DNA from: Carcharhinus amblyrhynchos
Lineage: Eukaryota
DNA length: 64,000 nt
Assembly: GCA_965287045.1 (NCBI GenBank)
Contig: OZ336879.1
Coordinates: 49,786,001 to 49,850,000, forward strand
Direction of reading: 5' to 3'
Below are positions 9,227 to 22,560 of the stretch, in pieces. The stretch's first letter is position 1; each line of letters opens with the position of its first letter. The position numbers and the translations under genes are program-made. The notes under the pieces are model-generated. The model saw only the letters and a program-made list of their open reading frames with translations, searched no databases and was not told where the DNA came from.

Positions 9227-9442
9227 TGATGTGGAGATGCCAGTGTTAGACTGAGGTGGGCACAGTAAGAATTCTCACAACCCCAAGCTAAAGTCTAACA
9301 GGCTTATTTGTAACCACAAGCTTTCGGAGCACAGTTTCTTCACCGTGTAATCTTTCATCACCTGATGAAGGAGCAGCACTCCTAAAGCTCGTGATTCCAA
9401 AGAAACCTGTTGGACTTTAACCTGGTGTTGTGAGACTTCTTA
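9227..9442. mobile_element. Short inverted (hairpin-shaped) Penelope-like insertion with hammerhead remnant
   Basis: Begins GATGTGGAGATGCC and ends GTGAGACTTCTTAC; the two halves are reverse complements. Flanked by CATATCAGAATC / CATATGAGAATC. CTGATGA core at 9362. Confidence 0.8.
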
Positions 9443-9696
9443 CATATGAGAATCTGCATGGATATGCAGTCACCAAACGAAGATATACACAATAAATACA
9501 CATGGCACCAATAATTGATGACACCATACAGAAGGAGCTTGATGCTAAACACTTGGCTAAGTTTGACCTTAATGCAGGATAATCAAATCAAGCCAGCAAA
9601 ATAATTGAGGTATCTTGCAGCATTCTGCAGTACAAGAGGCTTAACTTTGGAATTAATTCAGTAGCTGAGATATTTCAGCATATGAAGGACTTGAAG

Positions 9697-9985
9697 GACA
9701 TGTTGAAGACCCTGGAGAAGATGTTATACCTTTGCCGCTCCAGGGAAGTACTGGACGACAAAGGATACTCTGTCTGCCACGTCCCGTGTTTGTCTTCTGA
9801 GGAAGTCGGTGCGGTTTTTTGCTGTGGCGTGTCGGAACTGTCAATCAGTGAGTGAAGCGCCATATCCTGATCCTATGAGGACATCTTTCAGCGTCTGAAA
9901 GCGTCTGTTGCTATCCTCACCTGAGCAGATCCTGTGCATACGGAGAGTTTGTCCGTAGGGGATGACGTACATGACACAAGTACAT
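9697..9985 (-). mobile_element. Penelope-like internal fragment
   Basis: Homologous to 15780-16005 (CAGGGAAGTACTGGACGACA...CTGAGCAGATCC). Confidence 0.75.
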
Positions 9986-11043
9986 GCATGGCTACAACAT
10001 CTTAAGAATGTAACCTCATTATGAAAAAAGAAGAGTTTATTCAATGAAAAAAGAATCAAATTTTTCAGTCATGTGTTCAGCGGTGAAGGAGTATCACCTG
10101 GTCCACAGGAAGTTGAAACGATTGCAAATGCTATGAATCCTACAAACGTGCAGGAAATCCAAACCCTACTAGGGAACATCCCTTCATTCCTGACCTTGCT
10201 ACACCACAAGCAATCTGATGAAAGAGACCACCAAGTGGGAGTGGGATAGGACACACAAACAGGCTTAACACCAGACCCAACAACAGTTATCAGCAAGTTG
10301 CATGAATGCCTATCTCAACCCTGAATGAACCACCCATCTTGTCCAGTTGGCTTAGCTGTAAAAAGATATAGGTAACAAACTCATTGACATTGCGATGGCA
10401 AGCAGATCACAAATGTTGCAATATTATCTGCACAGAAGGAACTACTCTCAATCACGCAGGGGATATTACATTTTCATCTCTATTTATACAGAAGCAAATC
10501 TGAAGTGATGATCAATCATAAATTATTTTTCAACAATCCACATAACAAGCCATCTACTTGAATAGAGTGTTGGATTCTCAAACTATAAGAGGACCAATTC
10601 CATATTGAACATCGACCAGGCAAACTCATCCAGCAGATTCTTTTCTGTGACATCCATTGCCATCAGTCAGTCTGACCATTCAGAGGAAAAAGCCTGCTAA
10701 ATACAATTTAACTACATAAGCCTAAAAACAGCTTAAAAAAATCACTAAAACCAGCTGACATCAAAATGCCAACAAAACAAGATAAGGTATTATAACTTCA
10801 TATGATGGCAATGGAATCATGAAATAGAAAGATGCGTTCAGAGAGTGTCTAAAAACAAAATTGCTCACAAGCTACAGTGTCTTCAAATGTTAGAAATTAG
10901 CTCATCCTTTCAATAACATCTGATCTTGGTGTTATGCAACAACTGCATTGTGATTCCACACTCATTGAGGGAATGTGATGCCGATATAGTACATGATGGT
11001 CACCAGAGAATTGTCAGAGCCAAACTCACTAGGGAAAAGACAT

Positions 11044-12074
11044 GGGCCGGGATTCTCCCAAAAACTACTAAGTTCCCAATATGTGGGATAATGGGAGTAA
11101 ATCACATTGGTTTTTTAGCATGATTTCCAGAATGAATCTACTACACTCTGTGCATCACAGAGTGCATCACAGTGTGACTCAGTCTGAAAATCAGGGAGCA
11201 GAGCCTATTCCCACTGAAAGGCCGGAGCATGGCTCTGAGGGAGCCACTGCACATGCGCCCATCTGTCAGCGCAGAGGTTGGTGCATGTGCAGCAGCACCC
11301 TATTGCCGGCCTCCAGATTGCTGACCAGCTCCACAAACCCCATTGTTGACCTCCTGCCCCTCACCCCCACCTCCTCACCCCTCCCAGATCACTGGCTTCC
11401 CAGACTTCCCTCGGCCAGCCTCTATGTCCCATCCCTTGGCAAGCCCCGATTTCCGTGACCCCCTACCCCCCAGCAGCCCTGACCGTCCCCCCATCCAACC
11501 CAGAAGGCTGACCCTATTACCCTTACTACCTCCCTCACCTAGTATCCCAAGTGCAGAGTGGCCATGGGTTACTCCCCCCAACAAATCGCTCCTCCCAGTA
11601 GGCCCTGCCCCAGTAGGCCCCACCCCTTGGCACTACCCAATGCCAGTGACAGTGCCAAGGTGCCCCTTGACTGTTCCAGTTTGCCCTTTGGGTGCCCAAG
11701 GGGCACTCCTCCTTTACCCCTGGAGGGGCCTCAATGGCCTCTCTGCCTTCCAGCAGGGTTGGGCCTCCTGTTTCCTGTTAATGGAGAGCAAGAGTAAACC
11801 CCACCGAAGTGAACCATTCGCAGCAAGGGAGTAGGGCGAAGATGCTAAAGGGCCAGACAATTCAGTCCCAGGCCTGCTAATCATATGGAAATGAAGATTT
11901 CCATATTTTAATCAACTTTGTGCCAATTTCTGGCATGGAGATAATTATGTGAAAAAACTTAGTGTTGGAGACGCATGGAGGCCATTAAGCCCAGCTGGAA
12001 GCCACGATGCCCTGCTGGTGTTGCCAAGCCAGCTACACAATTTGAGTGGCACAGTGGTCTGGGAGAATGATCCC
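11044..12074. mobile_element. Non-autonomous PIF/Harbinger-type element
   Basis: TIRs GGGCCGGGATTCTCCC / GGGAGAATGATCCC, 3-bp TSD CAT; splits the Gypsy integrase motif REKT|WFPG. Confidence 0.8.
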
Positions 12075-13004
12075 CATGGTTCCCAGGAATTGATCGCATG
12101 GTTGGACACAAAATCAGTGTTCACCATATCAAGCAATCACAGTGTCAGAATTTTGTGATACGCTCAAGTTGTCTGAACAAGTTCCAACACCATGGATTGA
12201 GTTTAACGTTGATTTTGTACACTGTGTACACTGGTGAACACTTATTCGTTATCACCGGTGCCTATAGCAGATTTACAATTGTGGAAATAATTACACTGTC
12301 TTCAATGAAAGCAGACATCCCAATGCCTGACAAGATATTCACCTTGTTTAGAAACTCTTAAACAGTGAGAAGTAACAAAGGAACCCTTTTTCAACAATGA
12401 CAAGTTCAGTAAATTCACAAATTATCTAGGTTTTACTCATCTAAAGATCGCATCACATTGGCCAAGAGATAACGAAGACGATACATGCATGCCTTGAGAG
12501 AAGTGATAGGTTCAGTGGCAGCTGGGAGCAAGTCATGAACAGAATGACTCTTGGTTTAACTACTTGCAAGCCTCCAGCCGCACTCACCTTATACACACCT
12601 CTTCCTGGGCTACTTCATGGAACTAATGATCAACATGGAACGATTGACAACATAAGGATCAAATAACTGTCAATGCAAAGTGAAACACAAAATTTAAGGT
12701 TATACCATTAAATCCAGGAAATAAAGTGCTTTTAAAATATGATAGTCAAGTAAAAAAGCAAACAAATCCCTTGTGACTTCTAACCATTTGCTGTGACCAA
12801 CACAAAAGAATCAATGATCACTGCTTGGTGTGGTTCTGAAACCATCATATTAAATGCATCATTCTTCAAAACACTGAAAGCAGCATTCATAAATATTGGA
12901 TCCAACATCAATATCACATATAAAAAATATGAGTTGAATGAGAGCACAAGTGATGTTAGTCAATATCCTACTCATGAGAGTAGACATCCAGGTTAATTGG
13001 TAAT

Positions 13005-13888
13005 GGGCGCAATTCTCCTGAGACAGGGCTAAGTGCCCGCACCAGCAGGGAAACTAGAGTGTTTCCTGCTGCCACTGGCAACATCTGTCAAGTGGAATTC
13101 ACCCACCTGATGGATGCTCATTCCTGCATTCCGCAATACATACCGACCAGACCAACTGTTCAGAGATTGGGCTCTCTTTTTAAAGGATGTCCCAATCTAC
13201 GCCGTCATAGAAAAGTCCCCCCTCCCTCTAAAATGGAAATGGTGCCCCACCCCACTGACTAGGGGAGCACTGCCAATTCCTCAGTCAAAAGGTGCATCCT
13301 CCACCTACCACTCAAATAATGGGTCACAAACCCCTCCCCCACACAACACACAGGCATGAGGGCGATTTAACCACCCCCCCAAGCCCACCCTCAGGTCCCC
13401 CATCAGGCTCTCTTTCAACTTCAAACTGTCATACAGGACCCTTCCCCCCTCAAATGCCCACTCAAGCCCCAGTTCATGTCACCTGCCTTGGTAGTGCCAA
13501 CAGTGCACTGCCTCTGGCACCTTAGCACTGACACCCTGGCCTGGTGCCTTGGACCACAAAGTGGGAGTGGGGGGGTGGTCACAAAGAAAGGTTCTGTGGC
13601 CATTTGTACTTCTACTACTGCCAGACTGCAGAGGGAGGATCTCCCAAGTGCCCTAGCGCACTCAGTTTGGGGCCAAGGGGTTGATCACAGCACTGTCCCC
13701 TGGGATGGGGGTCCTTTGGCTGCACTGCCTCTTCTCATCATGGCAAACCTGTAGAGCACTCCTCGCATGGTGAATTCAGGCAGTTCTGTGATGAACATAT
13801 TCATTCCTGCCTATCGGCTGTGAAAGCTTTAAAGTGGCCTGGTCACTTTAATCTCCAAGTCCCCTGGTCACCTGGCAAGCTTTTAAAT
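13005..13888. mobile_element. Harbinger-type non-autonomous element, left part, interrupted by Penelope
   Basis: Starts GGGCGCAATTCTCC; GC-rich GGCAC/GTGCC internal motifs as in other copies. Confidence 0.55.
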
Positions 13889-14285
13889 GATGTGGAGATG
13901 CCAGTATTGGACTGGGGTAGGCATAGTAAGAAGTCTCACAACCCAGGTTAAAGCCAACAGATTTATTTGGCAGCACAACCTTTTGGAGTCTCACTCCTTC
14001 ATCAGGTGAGTGAGGACTTGTATTCACAAACAGGACATATACAGACACCAACTCAATTTACAAGATAATGGTTGGAATGAATCTTTACAGTAATCTAGCC
14101 TTAAAGGTACAGACAATATGTATGGAGAGAGGGTTATGCACAGGTTAAAGAGAAGTGTATTTCTCCAACAAAGACAGTTAGTGAGATTTTGCAAGCCCAG
14201 GCAAGTCATGGGGTTACAGATAGTGTGACATGAACCCAAGATCTTAGTTGAGGCTGTCCTCATGTGTGCAGAACTTAGCTATCAG

Positions 14286-15280
14286 CCATTTATATAGATG
14301 ATCTGGAGGAGGGAACCGAGTGCATGGTGTCGAAATTTGCTGATGACATCAAGATTGGTGGAACAGCAAATTGCGCGGAGGGTGTGGAGAGTCTGCAGAA
14401 GGATCTAGATAGGCTGGGCGAATGGGCCAGGAACTGGCAAATGGAATTTAATGTTGGCAAATGTGAAGTTGTCCACTTTGGTAGGAATAATGGTAGGAAG
14501 GACTACTACTTACATGGTGAAAAACTGCAGCATGCTACGATGCAGAGGGACCTCGGGGTCCTTGTACATGAGTCGCAAAAACCCAGCCTGCAGGTGCAGC
14601 AGGTGGTCAGGAAGGCAAATAGGATGCTGGCCTTCATAGCGAGGGGGATTGAATATAAAAGTAGGGAGGTCTTGCTGCGGCTGTATAGGGCACTGGTGAG
14701 GCCGCAGCTGGAGTACTGTGTGCAGTTTTGGGCGTCGCACTTATGCAAGGATGTTTTGGCCTTGGAGGGAGTGCAGAGGAGGTTCACTAGGCTGATACCG
14801 GAGTTGAGGGGGTTGAGCTATGAGGAGAGGCTGAATAAACTAGGCTGTACACGTTAGAGTTTAGAAGAATGAGGGGAGATCTCATTGAGATGTATAAGAT
14901 GATGAATGGGATGGATAGGATAGAGGTGGAGAGGCTCTTCCCGCTCAGAAAGGACAGTAGGACTCGAGGGCACAGCCTCAAGATAAAGGGGGGGCGGTTT
15001 AGAACGGAGTTGAGGAGGAACTTCTTCACTCAAAGGGTGGTGAATCTCTGGAATTCTCTGCCCGTTGAAGTGGTGGAGGCTGCCTCACTAAATATATTTA
15101 AGATGCGGGTAGATAGGTTTTTGATAGGCAAGGGGATTAAGGGTTATGGGGAGAGGGCAGGAAAGTGGAACTGAGCCACGACAGATCAGCCATGATCTTA
15201 TTGAATGGCGGGGCAGGCTCGAAGGGCTAGATGGCCTATTCCTGCTCCTATTTCTTATGTTCTTATGTTCTTATGTTCTT
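14286..15280 (+). mobile_element. 5'-truncated young CR1 inserted in the Penelope element
   Basis: SKFADD..LEYCVQFW..TRGH ORF pieces at 14324-15174 with one frameshift; (TTCTTATG)n tail; TSD TATCAG at 14280-14285 and 15281-15286. Confidence 0.93.
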
Positions 15281-16850
15281 TATCAGTTCCTGCTCAGTGA
15301 TTCTGCGTTGTCATGTGTTGTGAAGGCAGCCTTGGAGAATGCTTACCTGAAGATCAGGAGCTGAATGCCCGTGACTGCTTAAGTGTTCCCTGACAGGAAG
15401 GGAACAGTCCCGTCTGGTGATTGTCATGCAGTGTTCATTCATTCATTGTCATAGCATTTGCATGGTCTCCCCAATGTACCATGCCTCATGACATCCTTTC
15501 CTGTAGCATATCAGGTAGACAAAGTTGGCCAAGTCACAAGAGCATGTACATGTACCTGGTGGGGGATGGTGTTCTCACGTGAGATGATGGCATCCATGTC
15601 AATGATCCGGCACATCTTGCAGAGGTTGCTGTGGCAGGATTGTGTGGTGTCGTGGTCACTGTCCTCCTGAAGGCTGGGTAGTTTGCTCTGGACAATGGTT
15701 TGTTTGAGGTTGTGTGGTTGTTTAAAGACAAAATGTGAGTGTGTAGGGATGGTCTTGGCGAGATGTTCATCTTCATCAATGACATGTTGAAGGCTCCGGA
15801 GAAGATGTCGTAGCTTTTCCGTTCCAGGGAAGTACTGGACGACAGAGGGTACTCTGTCTGTTGTGTCCCATGTTTGTCTTCTGAAGAGATCAGTGTGGCA
15901 TATTGGAACTATCGATCGATGAGTCAAGTGCCAAATCCTATTCTTATGAGGGGTCTTTCAGCGTCTGTAGGTGTCTGTTGTGATCCTCCTCATCTGAGCA
16001 GATCCAGAGGGACGCTAAAGAAGCCATCTTCTATGGACAAGCCCTTCATATACACAGGATCTCCGGAGTCTTCAACATGTCATTGATGAAGATGGACATC
16101 TCGCCAAGGCCATCCCACACCCCCACTTCTTGCCTTCAAACAACCGTAACCTCAAACCGACCATTGTCCATGGCAAACTATTAGTCTTCAGGACAACAAT
16201 GACTACGACACCACACAACCATGCCACAGCAACCTCTGCAAGACGTGCTGGATCATCGACATGGGTGCCATCATCTCACGTGAGAACACTATCCACCAGA
16301 TACATGGCACATACTCTTGCAACTTAGCCAACATTGTCTACCTGATACGCTGCAGGAAAGGATGTCCCAAGGCATGGTACACTGGGGAGACCATGCAGAT
16401 GCTACAATAATGGATGAATGATCACCGCATGACAATCGCCAGGCATGAATGTTCCTTTCCAGTCAGGGAACACTTCAGCGGTCACAGGCACTCAGCCTCT
16501 GATCTTCAGGTAAGTGCTCTCCAAGGTGGCCTTCATGACACACAACAATGCAGAATCACTGAGCAGAGACTGATAGCCAAGTTCTGCACACATGAGGATG
16601 GCCTCAATCAGGATCTAGGGTTCATATCACACTATCTGTAACCCCCACAACTTGCCTGGGCTTGCAAAATCTCACTAACTGTCCTAGCTGGAGACAATAC
16701 ACACCTCTTTAACATGTGCTTGGCCCTCACTCCATTCGCATTGTCTATACCTTTAAGACTTGATTACCTGTAAAGATTCACATTCCAACCATTATCTTGT
16801 GAATTGAGTTTGTCTCTGTATATGCCTGTTTGTCAACACAAGTCCTCACT

Positions 16851-16885
16851 CACCTGATGAAGGAGTGAGACTCTGAAAGCTAGTG
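16851..16885 (+). ncRNA. Minimal type I hammerhead ribozyme (Penelope-associated)
   Basis: CAC-CUGAUGA-A-GGAG(UGAGA)CUCU-GAAA-GC-UA-GUG: conserved core, stem II, palindromic stem III and 3-bp stem I. Confidence 0.7.
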
Positions 16886-17479
16886 CTGCCAAATAAACAT
16901 GTTGGACTTTAACCTGGTGTTGTGAGACTTCTTACTAGGCTTTTAAATCATAACAGCACTCCATTTTGCATCAAGGGTTTCCCTTTCTCCCTGTTAGAAG
17001 TGCAGGTGTGAACAAGCCTGTTTGAAGTCCCCTGATAGAGAGGTGAGGTCGCTTTCACCAGTGGGGAGATCCCCTTCTCCACAGCTGTTCAGTCAACCTC
17101 AATCTATTCACACAGTTTATTGAGCCTTCCTAGAAAGCTCAAGTGCTTTGAAACCTTCTTTATTTCATTGAAAACCTTTGATCTCTTTCAATTTCATAAT
17201 GCAGTGCTTTAAAGTAGGCTCTGATTGACAATTTAATGATTGTCTACTGAGCCTCTAGTCAGCTGTTTTTATTTACCTTTCTCTTGAAAGTTGAATTCTT
17301 CCCACCAGGAGTTAAAGCTGTTCCATAATCTTAGTTGACCTCCATTGTAGCTAGCCCATCACACAATGTGGCCTCACAGTGTCATCTACAGGCACAATTC
17401 CAATGGCCTCTGTAATCCACTCAGCTATTTTAATATGCTATTTATTTATTCTGCTCAAAGTTGAAATTAAAAATTAAAA

Positions 17480-18690
17480 TACTGAAGGAGATCATTTGGT
17501 CCATCACACCTGTACTGACTCCATACATAACTAGTTACTCTAACCCCAATCCCCTTTTGAAGTTTATTATTGAACATGCTTCCTCCATCCTTTACAGACA
17601 ATGTATTCCAGATAACAAAAAAAGGTCTTCTCATTCCTTTAGGCAATCATCTCCAATCTGTGTCATCTGGATCTGTTCACCCTTCAGTATAAAGTTTCTC
17701 CACACTTACTCTATTCTCCATACCTATTCAATGTCTTTTCAATGCCTCTGCTGAATCTTCCCTTAATCTTCGCTGCTCTAAGCAGACAATACCAGCTTCT
17801 TTAGTCACTCTATGTAACTGAAATCCCTCGTTTGTGGTGTAATTTTGGTAAACTTCCTCAGCCCCTCTCGAAGACCTTGGTATCCTTCCTGTTGTGTGGT
17901 GCCCAGAAATAGACACAATATTCCAGCAGAAGCCCAAAGGTAAATTGTAAAGGCTTATCTTATCTGTCTTTCTTTTGCACTTTGTGCCTCCGCAAAGGCA
18001 AATGGGTGGGGATTTTTTGCACAATCCATCGCAGAGGAAGATGTCATTGCCTGGTGGCTGGATCATCTGATCCCACCGTTGTCAACAGGGTTTCCCATTG
18101 AATGCACTCCTGTTGCTGAGAAACCTACAGTGGGGGTACACGTCAGCAAGACCAGAAGATCCCACCAACATTAACAGCCGAAAAATTCCAACCAATATTC
18201 CCATTTGCTTAGTTAACAGCTTCAATAATTTATTCCACTAACTTCAAAGATTTCTGTGTGTGACCCACCACTCCCACCTTTCCCCCACCGGCCCCTAGAT
18301 CCCCCTGTTCCTACACCCTCTTTAAAATTATATCATTTGGCATATATTGCCTCTTCTCATTCTTCCTTTCAAAACAAATCACATCACACTTCTCTGAGTG
18401 AAATTTAATCTGCAGTGTGTCTGCCCATTTTATCCTGAGACCTGATACAACCCTCCTCACTGAATATTCTATTTCCAAGTTTTGAAAACTTTGAAATTAT
18501 CCCTCAAGTGCACATAGATCCTATATAAATATCGATCATTATATATATCAAAAGGAGCAATGACACCAATACGAATTTCTGAGGGTGATACACTATATAC
18601 TTCCCTCCAGTCTGAAAAACAGCCATTCACCATGATTCTCTGCATTCTGTCCCATGGCCAATTTTGTATCCAAGCTACCAATACATTTAA
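17480..18690 (-). mobile_element. Old CR1 fragments interrupted by a short MITE (~18005-18192)
   Basis: Reverse-strand WIQNW..R.QR..VNG.FSDW and LEQRRLR motifs. Confidence 0.7.
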
Positions 18691-20677
18691 TAAACAATTT
18701 CCTTTCTCCACTTGGGCTTCTGCCCCACAAATCCACCATTCACTGATCAACGTCATGCAGGCTTCTGGCAATGCTGCCTCCTAAACTTGTCAGCAGGAGT
18801 GTGTATGGTTAGCTGCAGTTACATCTCTCAGATTTCCTCACCATTCCTTTGAGAAAAATGTTTCAACTCCATTTTGCACCTTCCCTGGGGTCCAAACTAT
18901 AGGAACTCAAGTGTTGCGGGTTTACTTAAAATGACATTTTTAACCTTAGCCTGACAGTTTGGAAAGCTGCTTGCTTTGAAGAGTTTCTCAATGTTTGAAA
19001 GAGACTTACTGCAAATTGCTCAATGGTTGGAGAGGGTAAGAGTGATTGGTGTCACCTTTGCGATATAAACCAAAACTGGACTCAATAATTAAATACAACC
19101 CACCTCCCCACCAATGTCTCCACCAACACCACCATCCATCTGAACATGGGTACAATGCTGGAAAATCCCATTTGGTAAAAAGAGTGATTTATTTAATTAT
19201 GCAAAAATAATGACCTCTCTGTAATTGCTGGCACATCTGGATAATTGCTGGCACATCTGGGTATCCCAATATTTGTAAAATTTGAATGACAGCATCGATC
19301 AGAATGTTGTCATCAAGCAATACATTTAAATTGTTAAGTTTCATTTAAACGTTTACAGATTTATGTTTACAAGTTTATAAGGCACTTGTGAAGTTTTACT
19401 CTAGGGCTCCTTCAGAAGAAAGTATTAAAACATATTTTTTCAAGGTTTTTACTAATAACCTTATTACACACAAACACACAATTCGTCAACAGAAAAAATA
19501 ATTTCTCGCCAGTGAAAAAAAGGCAGAGACAAAATAACATTAGGAATAACTATTAATCGAACATCCAATCATTTATTGCTGATATGTGTGTTAATATATG
19601 AAAGTCTCTTGCCAGGTTCATTTCGAATAACAGTCAAAATAAAGAGCACATCATCCAGGAAATATTAGAATAGGAAAGGTTTACTGTAAGTTTTTCTCTG
19701 ATCTGAGGCTATTGCTGGCGCATTCCTGCCACCAAGTGGGAACACATTGTTCCCATGCTTCTACCTCCTAGTGCTGCATAGCCAGAAAAGGTGTCCATGG
19801 GCATTTAATATAAAAGACGCAACCTGAAGATCAGCACAGCAGAGTTTTGACAGAAAATGATGCTTACAAAGTCATTGGGGTTAAGAGTGGATACGAGACA
19901 CTCGACCTGTATAAGGGGATCGCTAGGGTACTACCACAACTTTGCAGAAGTCTGTTATTGCTTTCTCTATTGCAGCAGCAACACAGATGCATGGATAGAA
20001 AATTCCCATGTCCTGATCTTCACTTTATGTGTTTGGTGAGGAAGAGCCAACTAGCGATAGTCCTATGAGAGGTGGCATTGAAGAGGAGAATCCTGCTCAT
20101 CAAATTATGCCAACACAGTGATGAATATTAGACGATGGTATGATATTTATTTAGCATTGAAAAAATATTTAGATAATCTCTTAAACTCTTGGATGAATGA
20201 CAGCAGTGTTTACTTTCAGCTGGTTTAAAAGCTGCAGTGGCACCACACACTCCAGAGACTTACGGTCATCCTTGACTTTTAATTTTTTACCAATGTTTGA
20301 TTATAATGCTATTAGGATACTCGTTATTTAATGGAAACATCTGAAGACCCACTTGCACTTCCCATTTTAGGAATGGCGCCAGTGCAGCTATCCCTTAAGT
20401 GCAAAAGAAGCAATAGAAGAGATGCTAGCCTGATGTCAGGCAACTATTTCAGTTAATATGATATTAATTTTAAAAACTTGCTCCGTGAATGTACACTGAA
20501 CACCTGTGTTAATCGCTCCTAACCAAATGTGTATTCAGTAGCACAAGGGACCCTTCATACATAGGATTATATGCACAGGATATATAGCATATACACAGGC
20601 CATTCTGCCCAACCAGCCCATGCTGGTATTATTGCTCCACTTGATCCTCCTCCCAACTTTCTTCATCTAAATCTGTC

Positions 20678-21125
20678 AGGGTGGTACAGTGGTTAACACT
20701 GCTACCTCACAGCACCAGGGACCCAGGTTCAATTCCAGCCTTGAGTGTATGTTTAGCATTTGCACATTTTCCTGTGTCTGTGTGTGCTTCCTCCGGATGC
20801 TCCTGTTTCCTCCCCTAGTCCAAAGACGTGTGGGTTAGGTTGATTGGCCTAGGTAAATAGCAGGGTAAATACAAAAAAAAGAGAATAAAACAGCACGGGA
20901 AACGGGCCCTTCGGCTCAATGAGCCCGTGCCGCCATTTTAAAATTATGAGTGCCCTCCTCTACCCATGACCTTTGTCTACACCTATTGGGGAAGATTGAG
21001 GGAAGACTAATTTAGGGACAATTTGTTACCTATACCTGGGGTTACAGGAGGGTAGGGCTTGGGTGGGATTGTTGGTGCAGGCTTGATTGGCCGAATGGCT
21101 TCCTTCTGCACCGTTGTGATTGTAT
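20678..21125 (+). mobile_element. V-SINE (HE1-like) with an antisense insertion at 20873-21031
   Basis: GGGTGGTACAGTGGTTAACACTGCTACCTCACAG head and V core; the SINE resumes at about 21035. Confidence 0.85.
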
Positions 21126-21299
21126 CATGATCTTCTATTCCCTCCTCTCTCATACATTTGTCTAGCTCCACCATTAATGTATCTACACTATTTGTTTCAA
21201 TTATTTCTCAAAGTAGTGAGTTTCATTGCGAAGGTCTCACTTTCCTGCCTCAACTCCATTATGTGGGTGGAGCTTAGCGCTAAAACGGCATCACCACTA

Positions 21300-22560
21300 C
21301 AGTTGTGCAGTAACCTATGAACAGCTAAGGCAGTGGCCACTAACCGTACTGCAACTCAAAACTAAGTTAACTCGAGAATTGCTGGAGGAAATTTGAATGG
21401 CTGTCAAAAGATTCAGATAACTTTAAAAATCCTGCAAAATGTTAGAAGATGACCACAACACTTCCAACACTCAATTGAAAGCAGTCAATCTCTGAATTTA
21501 TTTTGTTCCCACAAAGTTGCTAGTGTAGCTGCACACAGCACCCAGAAAATTCCCAGTTTTTAACACTGTATTCAAGGCATGTAGCACCAGAGGAAGTGTC
21601 AACGCAGAAAGCAAAAGCTCAAACAAATGATTTTATGTCATGAGCAGGCACAACAGAGGCCAGACCCTGAGGTACAGCATTCAAACCAATCAGGAGCACA
21701 TAGCAAATATCATCAAGGCAAAATACATAAAATATCCAGCCAAACTATATGGTCGGGTGATGAGAATGACCAGACCATCAATGTACAAACTGTGTAGACA
21801 TTCGTCGTGGTGAACATCAAAGAATGCATTGGCAATGTGGTACCAACAGAAACCTTTGCAATCATCCAGATTGTATAGACACAGATAAGAGATCAATGTA
21901 ATTTATAGGGATGCAGGTGCAGATATTCTTTCACTTCACACAATGAAAGCTATGTACACAGAAATGGCAACTGATGATTCAACCAGCCACTGCCAAATTC
22001 ACTGCATACAATACCTCAGAGATGCCATCCCTAGGACCCAAAACTCATCCTGGTCACCACAGATACATTATGTTGTGGACACCACATGTCCAGTGCTTTC
22101 AGGTCTCCCAGTGTACAAGGACCTGTGTCCTTGGTCATCATCCATGGGATTCCCAAGATAATGGCGAAGACCATCTACCACAAGAATACCTTGTCTTTAC
22201 ACTGGGAGAAGATCACTTAACTGTGCAATGCAAATCATCAGACAAGAGGCTGCACAAAGCTGTTTTAACCAAACACATATATTCATTCCAAACTTGCAAA
22301 CATTGCGCTGCAGAACCAATACGGAATTACTATTTGGCAGACAAGTGAGGGCAAACCCCCCCAGCTATCACTCATCGATATGCCTAGGTAAATGTGAGGC
22401 ATAACTCGAAAAACATAGGAAAGTGAAAGGTGCTTGTGACTGGCATGCGGGCAATGGACTATTCAAGCTGAAAATCAGGGAGAAAAACTGAGTCCAAAAC
22501 CCAACTGATGGCATTTGGAATCCAGCAGAACTCATCAGCATATGTCCAGTCCAGCACAAA
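21300..22560 (+). mobile_element. Highly degraded Gypsy-like gag/pol relic
   Basis: DAGADIL protease-like motif near 21910, YVVDT..PVL.GLP..KDL, and LHKAV..HY.IPTL-like RT start. Confidence 0.55.

Larger units (their letters stand above)
7258..12995 (+). mobile_element. Degraded Gypsy LTR retrotransposon internal region (gag-PR-RT-RH-IN) with nested insertions
   Basis: PBS-like TGGTAATGAGGA at 7258; gag knuckle CPATGKQCKACVKLKHFACVC; protease IDTGASVNVM near 8687; integrase IVIP..HDGHQ..WFPGID..YSRF; many stops and frameshifts. Confidence 0.85.
13889..16938. mobile_element. Penelope-like element inserted as a head-to-head inverted duplication (GIY-YIG region plus pseudo-LTR)
   Basis: The minus-strand arm (13889-16005) mirrors the plus-strand arm (16006-16938). 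GIY-YIG motifs NIVYLIRC..CPKAWY.GET..HR..V.EHF. 10-bp TSD GCTTTTAAAT at 13879-13888 and 16939-16948. Confidence 0.88.

Noticed and set aside
11343-11834. Pro-rich ORFs here and at 24475-24983 and 57645-58241
   Set aside because: They arise from C-rich MITE interiors and are not genes.
19221-19260. Tandem duplication of TAATTGCTGGCACATCTGG
   Set aside because: Simple two-copy local duplication, not an array.
19805-20042. TATAAAA plus acceptor/donor-like motifs suggesting a small host exon
   Set aside because: No recognisable protein in any frame and no partner exons.
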